Assembly (NCBI GenBank): GCA_016285515.1
Contig: JAEEQW010000009.1
Coordinates: forward strand, 5,561 to 69,560
DNA: 64,000 nucleotides
Source of the DNA: Bacteroidales bacterium
GTDB lineage: Bacteria; Bacteroidota; Bacteroidia; Bacteroidales; BM520
Direction of reading: 5' to 3'
Every line of letters starts with the position of its first letter. Position 1 is the stretch's first letter. The notes beneath the pieces are model-generated. The model saw only the letters and a list, made by a program, of their open reading frames with translations, was not told the DNA's origin and searched no databases. Of this stretch, positions 8,914-18,013 are shown one piece after another. Position numbers and translations under genes: made by a program.

Positions 8914-10047
8914 ATGAAAAAGTTAACCAGCATATTTTTATGTGCTTTGCTTTTGGTGTTAAGCACATTCAATAGTCTCAATGCACAGACTAAGTCTATA
9001 TCATCCTTGAAAGGCGACCTCAATAACGATGGGATGGTTAATACTCTTGATGTCGTCATGCTTATTAATATTATTTTTGGTGGGGACCAAGGTATTATGT
9101 ACGCTGATGTCAACGGAGATGGTGTGGTAAACACTCTTGATCTCGTCATGACTGTAAACATTATTTTCTACGGACAGCCATCGGAATTGACTGTTTCTAC
9201 CAGTGAAGTAAGCGGCATTACTTATTTCTCCGCTTTCTGTGGCGGAAATGTTTCAGATGATGGCGGACTGGATTTGGTGTCACGCGGTATATGCTGGAGC
9301 ACTTCCGAATCCCCGACAGTGTTTGACAACGTAATATCCAATGGCAGTGAAACCGGTGAGTTTGCCTGTGTTATGACTGACCTTGCGAGTGCAACAACTT
9401 ATTATGTCCGTGCGTTTGCAATCAATACCGCTGACACTGCATACGGTGAACAGAGGGTTTATACCACTGATGTATATAATGCTACTGGACAAAGCGTGGA
9501 TTTGGGACTGCCTTCAGGAACTAAGTGGGCTGACCGCAATATCGGCGCTTCTCTGGCTTCTGAATATGGCAGCTATTATTCATGGGGAGAGACAGCAACA
9601 AAGGTGGATTATTCATGGAACACTTATCTCTGTACCCAGGACCAGTGCGATACCTCTGAAGATCCAATATTTGCTGCTGGCCTTACTAATATTGCCGGAA
9701 CAGATTTTGATGCTGCCCATGTGATTTGGGGTGGAACATGGCAGATGCCAACTGATGAACAACTGAGTGAATTGTTGGACAATTGTACGTGGATTTGGAG
9801 TACACAAGGTGGGGTTGACGGTTATTTCGTTATTGGCCCTAACGGTAATTGCATATTCCTTCCTTCAACAGGTTGCTTTGACGGCACAGAGTTAACCTTC
9901 TGCGGGTTTATGGGCTTTTATTGGACATCAACTCATTGCATTTATAATACAACGAATGCAAACCATCTGCTATTCAATCTATTACACTCATTCGAAAATT
10001 TCCTCTACCGTTACTACGGACAAACTATACGTCCTATTACATTCTAA
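8914..10047 (+). CDS. Secreted protein: signal peptide, N-terminal dockerin, Ig/FN3-like module, C-terminal lectin-like (DUF1566/FISUMP-type) domain
   Basis: Signal peptide ending SLNA-QT. Dockerin loops DLNNDGMVNTLD and DVNGDGVVNTLD. Middle module GICWSTSESPT...TTYYVRAFAINTADTAYGEQ. C-terminal motifs YGSYYSWGET, WQMPTDEQLSELL, IFLPSTG, FYWTST, IRPI. Confidence 0.7.
   Translation: MKKLTSIFLCALLLVLSTFNSLNAQTKSISSLKGDLNNDGMVNTLDVVMLINIIFGGDQGIMYADVNGDGVVNTLDLVMTVNIIFYGQPSELTVSTSEVSGITYFSAFCGGNVSDDGGLDLVSRGICWSTSESPTVFDNVISNGSETGEFACVMTDLASATTYYVRAFAINTADTAYGEQRVYTTDVYNATGQSVDLGLPSGTKWADRNIGASLASEYGSYYSWGETATKVDYSWNTYLCTQDQCDTSEDPIFAAGLTNIAGTDFDAAHVIWGGTWQMPTDEQLSELLDNCTWIWSTQGGVDGYFVIGPNGNCIFLPSTGCFDGTELTFCGFMGFYWTSTHCIYNTTNANHLLFNLLHSFENFLYRYYGQTIRPITF
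9010..9171 (+). other. Type-I-like dockerin module placed immediately after the signal peptide
   Basis: aa 33-86. Two DxNxDGxVNxLD loops, each followed by a (L/V)xNIIF helix, closely resembling the module at 1816-1980. Confidence 0.75.
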
Positions 10048-10062
10048 AGGATAGATTTTACC

Positions 10063-10095
10063 ATAACCGACCGACCATATAGGGTCGGCGGTTAT
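10063..10095. terminator. Bidirectional hairpin between convergent genes
   Basis: ATAACCG(A)CCGACC-ATATAG-GGTCGGCGGTTAT: 13-bp stem with one bulge, followed by TTTG. Lies between the stop at 10047 (+) and the parC stop at 10120 (-). Confidence 0.5.
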
Positions 10096-10119
10096 TTGAT
10101 TGTCATAGTCAATTGTCTG

Positions 10120-12792
10120 TTAAAACAGTGAAGTCTGCCCGTCAGACTCAACGTTGTTTGTAACATCGTCTCCGCCATTGTTTTCTTCATTTTCAGCGGT
10201 GACTGTCATTTCGCTTTGAATTTCATTATTGTCTTGATTCTCATTGCTTTGGCTTTCGCCATTATTCTGACTTTCTTCCTTTGTTTCTTCAGCATTGTAT
10301 TCTTTGTCGGGATAATATGGCTGTAGGATCAGGATTTCATCAAAACTCTTGGTGGTAAGTCGTTTTCCTTTGGCGGTGATGCCCTTGGAATCTATGAAAG
10401 AATCAAGTTCCACCATTTCATAATAGGTTGGTATGTCGTTCTTGTCAGGATATGCCAAAGCAATTCGCGGATGGTCCTCGATAAAGATGTTCACCAGTTT
10501 CGAGCCGGGATCTTTGTCGAGCATGGTGCCGAAGAATTCGTTGTTGTCGAGCTGGAAGCGTTTCACGTAGTATTGCCCCTTGTCGCCTGCATAATAAATT
10601 ACGCTGTAAATCCTGTCTGTGTAATGTTTGCAGATGACAACGGGGTCGTTTTCAAAATGGTTTGACAGGTCAAAGTTTATGACATGGCAGTTGCCGTCAG
10701 GAGTTGCATAGAATATTTTGTCATCGGCTTCAAAAGCACCCAGAAGCGTGCCTCTGCCTTCGGTGTTTAGCCGTCTTACAGTTTCATCGTACCATATTTT
10801 GCGTGCTGCCAGCGTTGAAACCCCTTCGTCTTTGAGAGTTATCCTGTTAATCGGGTTTTTGGTGAGCAGATTGCCTTTTGAATTTCTACCCTTGATGGTC
10901 AGTTTGCTGAAATCGTATTCTATTGACTGATTTTTCATTTTCGGACGAGGACGCAGGAAGACCTTTATAGTCTCAGCTTCACCGTTAGGCCGTACATTCA
11001 GATAAATTATTTTTGAGTCAGGCTTTCCGTTTGTTATGTCATATTCCTTGTCAAGCACGATGCCTGAAATAGAGAAGCGTTTCACATAGTATGCGCCGCC
11101 TCTTCCATCTTGATATACAACATTATAGATGGTCCTGTCATCGTTTTTGCGGAAGACGTTGATATACTTCACGTCATTGCCGACGAAGAACTTGTCGCTC
11201 ACTTTTCGGATTTCGTATTTTCCTGATTTGTGTATCGTGAGAATCTGGTCGATGTCGGAGCAGTCGCAAACATACTCGTCTTTCTTCAGCGCTGTTCCTG
11301 CAAAGCCTTCGGCTCTGTTGATGTAAAGTTTTGACGACTGTGCAACGGCCTTGATGGCATCTATGTCATCAAGTGAAACTATTTCTGTCTTGCGTTCCTT
11401 GCCTTTGCCGTATTTTTCCTGTATGTGCAGGAAGTATTTTATGGCATAGCCGACTATGTCGTTCATATTGGCTTCGACCTGTTTCAGCTCATTCTCCAAC
11501 CCTCTTGCTTTTTCCTCCTCGCGGTTCAGGTCGTATTTTGAGATTTTCTTGATCTTTATTTCTGTAAGTTTGATGATGTCATCGGTGGTGATTTCGCGGT
11601 AAAATGACGATTTGAATGGCTCAAGTCCTTTGTCGATGGTCGAAAGCACCGATTCCCACGTTTTGCATTCCTCTATCTTGCGGTAAATTCTATTCTCGAT
11701 GAAAATGCGCTCGAGCGACATGTAAAGAATTTGTTCGAGAAGTTCCGCTTTGCGTATAAGTTGCTCTTTATAAAGTAGTTCCACTGTGTTGTCGGTGGAA
11801 ATCTTTAGGATGTCAGAAACGCCGATGATTTCAGGCTTTTCGTTGTGGATGACACAGGTGTTTGGAGATATTGTTGACTGGCATTCGGTGAAGGCGTACA
11901 GTCCGTCGATGGTTTTGTCCGGACTGACACCTGATGCGAGTTGTATGATTATTTCAACGTTGCTTGCGGTGTTGTCGTCAATTTTTTTGATTTTGATTTT
12001 TCCCTTGTTGTTGGCATCGACGATGCTGTCTATCAGTTTGTCGGTTGTGGTGCCCCAAGGTATCTCACTAATGACGAGAGTCCTGTTGTCGAGTTTGGAT
12101 ATTTTGGCACGGATTTTCAGTTTGCCTCCGCGCTTGCCGTCGTTGTATTTTGAGACATCGATTTTGCCTCCGGTAGGAAAGTCTGGATATAGGACGAAGT
12201 CTTCTTTTTTCAGATAAGCTATGGAAGCGTTGATGAGTTCGTTGAAGTTGTGAGGCATGATGTCGCAGGCGAGACCTACTGCAATGCCCTTTGCGCCTTG
12301 TGCGAGCAGCAGTGGAAACTTCACAGGCAGTGTTACCGGCTCCTTGTTTCTTCCATCGTAAGATGGCGTCCATTCGGTGGTTTTGGGGTTGAACACCACT
12401 TCCTTTGCAAAAGGAGTGAGGCGGGCTTCAATGTAACGCGGAGCTGCTGCACCGTCTCCTGTGAGAATATTGCCCCAGTTTCCTTGAGTGTCAATGAGCA
12501 ACTCCTTCTGTCCGAGCTGGACTATCGCATTGCCAATGGCGGCATCACCATGAGGGTGGTATTTCATGGTGTTGCCAACAATGTTGGCAACCTTGTTATA
12601 CCTTCCGTCATCCAGTTCATACATTGAGTGGAGAATGCGCCTCTGTACCGGCTTCAATCCGTCAATTACCTCTGGCACTGCCCTGTCGAGAATTACGTAC
12701 GAAGCGTAATCAAGAAACCAGTTTTCGTACATGTCGGCTATGTGCAGCGTTTTCTGAGTCTTTTCTTCTTTGTTTTGTTCTTCCTGTTCCAT
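10120..12792 (-). CDS. parC: Type IIA topoisomerase subunit A, topoisomerase IV ParC-like
   Basis: LKPVQRRILHSM, YHPHGD, catalytic-Tyr region AAPRYIEARLT. 890 aa with an acidic C-terminal tail. The size and sequence style match Bacteroidota ParC rather than GyrA (assignment from memory). Confidence 0.8.
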   Translation of the reverse strand: MEQEEQNKEEKTQKTLHIADMYENWFLDYASYVILDRAVPEVIDGLKPVQRRILHSMYELDDGRYNKVANIVGNTMKYHPHGDAAIGNAIVQLGQKELLIDTQGNWGNILTGDGAAAPRYIEARLTPFAKEVVFNPKTTEWTPSYDGRNKEPVTLPVKFPLLLAQGAKGIAVGLACDIMPHNFNELINASIAYLKKEDFVLYPDFPTGGKIDVSKYNDGKRGGKLKIRAKISKLDNRTLVISEIPWGTTTDKLIDSIVDANNKGKIKIKKIDDNTASNVEIIIQLASGVSPDKTIDGLYAFTECQSTISPNTCVIHNEKPEIIGVSDILKISTDNTVELLYKEQLIRKAELLEQILYMSLERIFIENRIYRKIEECKTWESVLSTIDKGLEPFKSSFYREITTDDIIKLTEIKIKKISKYDLNREEEKARGLENELKQVEANMNDIVGYAIKYFLHIQEKYGKGKERKTEIVSLDDIDAIKAVAQSSKLYINRAEGFAGTALKKDEYVCDCSDIDQILTIHKSGKYEIRKVSDKFFVGNDVKYINVFRKNDDRTIYNVVYQDGRGGAYYVKRFSISGIVLDKEYDITNGKPDSKIIYLNVRPNGEAETIKVFLRPRPKMKNQSIEYDFSKLTIKGRNSKGNLLTKNPINRITLKDEGVSTLAARKIWYDETVRRLNTEGRGTLLGAFEADDKIFYATPDGNCHVINFDLSNHFENDPVVICKHYTDRIYSVIYYAGDKGQYYVKRFQLDNNEFFGTMLDKDPGSKLVNIFIEDHPRIALAYPDKNDIPTYYEMVELDSFIDSKGITAKGKRLTTKSFDEILILQPYYPDKEYNAEETKEESQNNGESQSNENQDNNEIQSEMTVTAENEENNGGDDVTNNVESDGQTSLF

Positions 12793-12810
12793 CTGTCAAT
12801 TTTGATTCTG

Positions 12811-12818
12811 CAAAAATA
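12811..12818 (-). promoter_or_regulatory. Bacteroidota -7 promoter box TATTTTTG (minus strand)
   Basis: TAnnTTTG match 19 nt upstream of the parC ATG. Confidence 0.45.
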
Positions 12819-12845
12819 ATCAAATCATGACGAATGAGCACTATA

Positions 12846-14879
12846 TTATATTTTAAATAATCTCAACAGCACCATTTCACAAATCAAGAGACATAGTGCT
12901 ATTATCAGGAATGTTTTCCACAATTCTTTGTTGTTGAGAGTTGAAGCAAGCGTCTTCTCGAAATCCTTGTTGTCGGCCTGAATTATGGAAACATCCTCCG
13001 CTCCGTCTATCAACTTTTCAATATCATCCTTGGTGTAAAAATCCAGCTCGGATTCTTCCCTGTCATTGTTGACAGAGAAACCGTCGACTACTTTTGAATT
13101 GCTGATTACTGAATAGTTTCCAGCAACAGGTTCGTTGAAACTGCCAAGTATTGCGTATGTTTTGCCATTGATGTATTCAAAGGAATAGTCGCTGTAAGTG
13201 GAGTCCTCCGAACAACTCAGACTTAAATTCTCCAGATTTGTATTTGGGACCGAAAGCGGTATCATTTTCTGTGACGATGTGTAGTTCAAGTTATTGGCAG
13301 TCTGTCCGTAAAGAACTATCCTGTACATGATAGGAACAAACAATGCGTTGAACTGTAAGTCCGAATAGTCACTGTCGAGTATTGTGGTGAGAATGAATGC
13401 GTTGCCGCTGCCTGCTGATGACCGGCTGAGAATAGAGGAACGTGAATCAGTGAGCCTGATGAGGGGTGTAGAAACCGGCATAATGGGATAGTAACTCTTT
13501 ATGGTTGGAAGTTCTATGTTGTCTTTGGCAGGGTCGGGTGTGTCTGAAAAAACCCCGTCAAAAAACGATGACGTAAACGCAAAACTGACGTTTTTGTCCT
13601 CTGTAGGTATCATTTCCGATATTTTTCCGCAGTTTATCATCGGTAAGAAATCATTGTATGATTGAAGGTCAATGTTTTCCGGAGTAAGTATCAGACAGTT
13701 TTTGCCGCTGTTGATGAAATTGACGATTTCATTGCTGATGCCGCTTGAAATGGATTCAATATTATCAAGAATGATTAAATCATAATTGCCAAGTTCATCA
13801 TATCTTATTGACTTATAGTTGGTTGTTCTGAATTGGAAAAGCGAGTCATTGCCGAACAACGCTTTTATGTACTTGTTAGGCTGTCCGCTGTTGATGTCAA
13901 GAATCTTTATGTTGTCGTTAATTCTGTACGTAAAGAAAAACTTGTTATCGAAAGTTATGGGTCGGTCATCAACTTCAACATATCCGTGCTTGAATCCCGG
14001 TTCATTGTCAGGGAAAAACAGCGAAATTGTCTGGGATGATTTTCCGGGAAAGTTGAATGACGAGGATGATATCAGTTTTTTTGACAGAAGCAGATTAACC
14101 GGAACTTTGTCATAATCGACTGCAGATTCGTTGACAATGTTGATGTTTATTTTGTGTAATTCGTTGATTAGGTTTACGGGAGTTTCGAAGGATGCATCGG
14201 AAATGTTGAGGTTATCGCTCATGTCATTTGCGAGAGGAATCAGCAAGGTCTTGTGATTCAGCTGTTTGAATCCGTTTGTGTCTATGTTGTATTTCTGGAA
14301 ATCTGACAGATAGTAGTTGGTTACAGTGAAGTCTGTTGCTTCATCGGTATTGGTGTTGAATGACGAGATTATTGACTTTGAGTTTCTTTTGCTGAATGAG
14401 GTTGCAATCTGGTTGACTGCGGTTATTGCATCGTCTTTGTTTAGCAACGGCGGATTAATCGGCGAGTTGTTGGAGAAGATTCTGTACAGGGTGTTGTCAT
14501 CGTAGAAGTAAATGATTTGTTTTGCGCGGTTTTTCGCATCGTCGGACAAGGTTAGGGAGCCGTTTTTGCCTTCCATGCTCGGCGAGTTGTCAATGTATAT
14601 GTTGATCAGGTTGCTGCCGGAAGTGTTTATGACGTTGTCTTTGGGTATGTATGGACATGCAAATACAAAGACAAGGGCGATGATGGCCAATATCCTTAAA
14701 CACAAAATAATAAGCTGTTTTAACCGTGATACTTTTCTGCGTTCGACATTCAGTTCCTTCAACAAATCAACGTTGGTGAAATAGGTGTTTTTCAGTTTCC
14801 TGAACTGAAATATATGTACAATGATTGGTATCAGTATGGCTGATAAAGCCCATAAATAATTAGGATTTGCAAACTGCAT
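12846..14879 (-). CDS. BatA_N (aerotolerance-regulator N-terminal double-TM) domain membrane protein
   Basis: N-terminus MQFANPNYLWALSAILIPIIVHIFQFRK, then a second TM helix, a large extracytoplasmic region and a C-terminal TM helix (WKTFLIIALCLLICEMVLL). Confidence 0.6.
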   Translation of the reverse strand: MQFANPNYLWALSAILIPIIVHIFQFRKLKNTYFTNVDLLKELNVERRKVSRLKQLIILCLRILAIIALVFVFACPYIPKDNVINTSGSNLINIYIDNSPSMEGKNGSLTLSDDAKNRAKQIIYFYDDNTLYRIFSNNSPINPPLLNKDDAITAVNQIATSFSKRNSKSIISSFNTNTDEATDFTVTNYYLSDFQKYNIDTNGFKQLNHKTLLIPLANDMSDNLNISDASFETPVNLINELHKININIVNESAVDYDKVPVNLLLSKKLISSSSFNFPGKSSQTISLFFPDNEPGFKHGYVEVDDRPITFDNKFFFTYRINDNIKILDINSGQPNKYIKALFGNDSLFQFRTTNYKSIRYDELGNYDLIILDNIESISSGISNEIVNFINSGKNCLILTPENIDLQSYNDFLPMINCGKISEMIPTEDKNVSFAFTSSFFDGVFSDTPDPAKDNIELPTIKSYYPIMPVSTPLIRLTDSRSSILSRSSAGSGNAFILTTILDSDYSDLQFNALFVPIMYRIVLYGQTANNLNYTSSQKMIPLSVPNTNLENLSLSCSEDSTYSDYSFEYINGKTYAILGSFNEPVAGNYSVISNSKVVDGFSVNNDREESELDFYTKDDIEKLIDGAEDVSIIQADNKDFEKTLASTLNNKELWKTFLIIALCLLICEMVLLRLFKI

Positions 14880-14902
14880 CTTTGTTTTTTTTGTTAGTTG
14901 TG

Positions 14903-15523
14903 TTAATCCGTCTTTAAGGCTGTTTCAATGCTGTTAAGAAGAGTGTCAATTCCGGACTTCCTCTCGGCGGAGGTTGGGATTATCTCCGGTTTGTCGGAAA
15001 CGGATGTTTCACCTCTGCCGTTAAACAGTCTTGTCAGCGACTTCTGAAATGATGCGACACTGCGGTCAACAGCGGCATTGGATATCTTGTCGCATTTGGT
15101 CAGTACGAAGGCAACCGGCAGGTTAAGGTCAAGGACATTGTCAATGAATATTGAATCTATTTTCATCATTTCGTGTCGGGAATCGAGGAGAATGAACAGT
15201 TTTCTCAGTTGTTTTCGGCCGATTATGTAAGAGGAAATCATCCGTTCGATTTTATTTCTTTCACTCTGTGGCACTTTGGCAAAGCCATATCCGGGAAGAT
15301 CGACGATATACCATTCTTTGTTGATGAGAAAATGATTTATGAGTCGTGTCTTTCCGGGAGTGGAAGATGTCTTGCAGAGGTTTTTGTTGTTGACTAATGC
15401 ATTGATTAATGACGATTTGCCCACATTTGACCTTCCGATGAAGGCGAATTCGGGAAGATTGTCGTCAGGACACTGCGACACCTTGTCGGAACTACGGGAA
15501 AACTCAGCTTGCTTGATGGTCAT
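14903..15523 (-). CDS. engB: Ribosome-biogenesis GTPase YihA/EngB
   Basis: G1 GRSNVGKSSLINAL, G3 DLPGYG, G4 TKCD. 206 aa. Confidence 0.9.
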   Translation of the reverse strand: MTIKQAEFSRSSDKVSQCPDDNLPEFAFIGRSNVGKSSLINALVNNKNLCKTSSTPGKTRLINHFLINKEWYIVDLPGYGFAKVPQSERNKIERMISSYIIGRKQLRKLFILLDSRHEMMKIDSIFIDNVLDLNLPVAFVLTKCDKISNAAVDRSVASFQKSLTRLFNGRGETSVSDKPEIIPTSAERKSGIDTLLNSIETALKTD

Positions 15524-16457
15524 CGTTGGATTGAAGACTGCTTGTTATGTACCTGTCATACATTTTTTGGGATATGTCGTCAATGGTAATCAATATACCT
15601 GACTCTTCAACATCACCAAACCCCGGGTTAAGAGAGGTTCCGAAGTATTTCATGGTCGGAGAGAGATTGGCATATGAGCTGACAAGAGGAGGGATGTTTT
15701 CGTTCTGTTGTTTGCACAGTCCTATCAACGTTTTGAAGTCCTCGTTAAAGTTGTCCCCTTTGAAATGCTGGTCAAGCATCTCGTTAGGATATTGACGGCA
15801 TATGGATTCTTTCGGAGTGCATAAATGCTCAGTGTCAGGGAAATATATTTCGAGCAGACGGAGAATAAGGTCACGTGCATAGGTGTTGTATGACCTGTAC
15901 ATGGTGAATTTTCCGAACAGATATTTGATTTGCTCTAAATTTTCTGCAATTATGCTTCCGATGCCGACCCATAGGCTGTTGAGTGCGCTTATGCCTTTGC
16001 GGACATTGCCTGTCGCCTGATATTCTGGAATCACGAAAGACCTGCCGAGTTCTATCATGTGGGGCGTGTATTTTTCATGGAACTGTGGAGAGAAGTTGAA
16101 GAGTTCTCCTGCCGGGGTGAGCAGCTCACCATTGTCTCTGACAATTATGTCTTTTCCAAGTTGGTATCTGTATCCGCCGATGATTTCCTCAGTTACGGGA
16201 TTCCATATTATCAACTGTTTGAAAGGTTTCTCGCACAGGTCGAAATAGTCTAAGTCGCAGGAAAGCCCCGTGCCACCGCCAGATGCGCGAAAAGTCTTTT
16301 CACGCAAACGTCCGACTTCCTTCATGAGTTCAGGAGAATCCTGGTTTTCAAATTCATATATCTCATTCTTGACGTAGTCGGTTGTCCTTATAAATCTGAT
16401 TTTGCTTAATTCCGACTTCAATGTCGGAATGTCCAAAGGTTTAATTAATTCTTGCAT
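15504..16457 (-). CDS. glsB: GNAT-type N-acyl amino acid synthase (hemolysin-like, OlsB/GlsB-like)
   Basis: ~317 aa. Sequence style of Acetyltransf_5 N-acyltransferases (WNPVTEEIIGGYRYQLG...ELGRSFV). Sits directly downstream of a PlsC-type acyltransferase, as in the Bacteroides glycine-lipid locus. The symbol is by analogy only. Confidence 0.65.
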   Translation of the reverse strand: MQELIKPLDIPTLKSELSKIRFIRTTDYVKNEIYEFENQDSPELMKEVGRLREKTFRASGGGTGLSCDLDYFDLCEKPFKQLIIWNPVTEEIIGGYRYQLGKDIIVRDNGELLTPAGELFNFSPQFHEKYTPHMIELGRSFVIPEYQATGNVRKGISALNSLWVGIGSIIAENLEQIKYLFGKFTMYRSYNTYARDLILRLLEIYFPDTEHLCTPKESICRQYPNEMLDQHFKGDNFNEDFKTLIGLCKQQNENIPPLVSSYANLSPTMKYFGTSLNPGFGDVEESGILITIDDISQKMYDRYITSSLQSNDDHQAS

Positions 16458-16459
16458 TC

Positions 16460-17287
16460 TTAAAACTCATTATTGGGATTGTCTCTGAGAGTGTATATGA
16501 ACTCTCTGACTGCATCCGCCCATTGCTGATGGTTCTTCGAATCGTCGAAACGCTCCCAGCTGATGGGCTTTCCGAATGTGATGTTAAGTATTTTGCTCTT
16601 TTGTCTGAACATTTCTCTCGGAAGCATCGTCATTTCAAAGTTGAATTTCATCTTCAGAAACTTGCGAATGTTAGCAATGTTGTAGAAAGAATTTGAATTG
16701 CGACCATCGATGTAGGTCGGAATGACAGTCCTTTCATTTTTCACAGCCTGCTTTATAAAGGTTTTTTTCCATGGCAAATCCACAATTTTACCATTAATTT
16801 TCCTTGAACACAAGCCGGCAGGAAAATATAGCAGAGCATTGTCGGCAGCAAATGTGGTTTCAAGCGTCTTGGCATATTCCCTGCTGTTTGCTCCCACTTT
16901 GTTGATCGGAATGAACAGGTCTTTGAAATTTGGAATATATGTCAGAAAGTCATTGACCGGGAAAATGATGTCTTTGCGGCTTCTTCCGGCAGCGGATATC
17001 AGTGCGATTCCATCGAAACCACCAAGAGGATGATTGCTTGCGATGGTTATTTTTCCACTTTTGGGTATGTTTTCTCCACCAATTACATTCACCGTCATGT
17101 GCGAATGGTCGTAAAGAAAAGCTTCTGCAAATTCAATCCCCGTCTTGTCCTCATATTTTGCGAGCACTTCGTTTATTTCATCGACACACAACCACCTGTG
17201 TGCAATCTTATAGACGAATCCGGGTATTTTGTCTGCTGTCTCCTGAGATTTTGAAGCTATTATTTCCTTTAAATCTATTTGAAACAT
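16460..17287 (-). CDS. glsA: Lysophospholipid/PlsC-family O-acyltransferase (GlsA-like)
   Basis: Acyltransferase HX4D-type motif NHPLGGFDG and the FPAGLCSR motif. The ATG at 17287 is preferred (the track start at 17305 is a TTG). The symbol is by analogy only. Confidence 0.65.
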   Translation of the reverse strand: MFQIDLKEIIASKSQETADKIPGFVYKIAHRWLCVDEINEVLAKYEDKTGIEFAEAFLYDHSHMTVNVIGGENIPKSGKITIASNHPLGGFDGIALISAAGRSRKDIIFPVNDFLTYIPNFKDLFIPINKVGANSREYAKTLETTFAADNALLYFPAGLCSRKINGKIVDLPWKKTFIKQAVKNERTVIPTYIDGRNSNSFYNIANIRKFLKMKFNFEMTMLPREMFRQKSKILNITFGKPISWERFDDSKNHQQWADAVREFIYTLRDNPNNEF

Positions 17288-17309
17288 TTGCTCAACTTTT
17301 ATCAAACTG

Positions 17310-17317
17310 CAAAGATA
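17310..17317 (-). promoter_or_regulatory. Bacteroidota -7 promoter box TATCTTTG (minus strand)
   Basis: TAnnTTTG match 22 nt upstream of the ATG at 17287. Confidence 0.5.
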
Positions 17318-17408
17318 ATATTTTTTACCAAAATGTTAAAAACTTGTTCCTGATTCTGACTCTTGTAAAATTATTTCGCATTTAAGATGTTGTTAAGATA
17401 TTGTTTGT

Positions 17409-17502
17409 CAATGTGTTAGAAGGATTGTTAATAAAATGTGGGAATTTGGGTAAATTTTGTGTCTATTTTGTGTAGAAATGTGGGAAAATTTAATTACTTT
17501 AG
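17409..17502 (+). promoter_or_regulatory. Putative MraZ operator array plus the mraZ promoter
   Basis: Six GTG(G/T)-type boxes at 17413, 17438, 17446 (TTGGG), 17459, 17470 and 17480. AAATGTGGGAA occurs twice exactly, 42 bp apart. ATTTTGTGT occurs twice exactly, 11 bp apart. A near-consensus -7 box TACTTTAG lies at 17495-17502. Confidence 0.45.
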
Positions 17503-17520
17503 CGAAAAATTTTACAGGCG

Positions 17521-18003
17521 ATGTTTTTGGGCTTTGAAACATATAATTGCAAACTGGACAACAAGTTCAGAATCCTTGTCCCTACAAAGTTTCGCAAGGA
17601 CAATGAGGAGCTGATACGTGAAGGTTTTGTGATTAAGAGAAGTTTGTCATTCCAATGCCTTGAACTGTATCCTTATTCCGAATGGAAGAATCAGGTTGCT
17701 ATGTTGAACAGACTTAATCCATTTGACAAGCGTGCCACTGATTTCAAGATACTTTATACAGCAGGCGTGAGGACAGTGGAACTTGACGGAAGCAACAGAA
17801 TCCTGATTCCGAAGGAACTGGTTAACGCAGGCAATTTGCAGAAAGAGGTGTATCTCATCCCTTTAGGCACTTATTATCAGATATGGGATAAGGATGCTTA
17901 TGAACAGCATCTTGCCGGTAACAAGGGTGTTAACCTCAACGATGCATACAGTGATGTGATTAGTGAATTGGGCGCAATAAACGATAATCTCAACAACAAA
18001 TAA
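17521..18003 (+). CDS. mraZ: Transcriptional regulator MraZ
   Basis: KLDNKFRILVPTKFR and a second SpoVT/AbrB-like half (DGSNRILIPKEL). First gene of the dcw cluster. Confidence 0.95.
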   Translation: MFLGFETYNCKLDNKFRILVPTKFRKDNEELIREGFVIKRSLSFQCLELYPYSEWKNQVAMLNRLNPFDKRATDFKILYTAGVRTVELDGSNRILIPKELVNAGNLQKEVYLIPLGTYYQIWDKDAYEQHLAGNKGVNLNDAYSDVISELGAINDNLNNK

Positions 18004-18013
18004 ATTCACTTTA

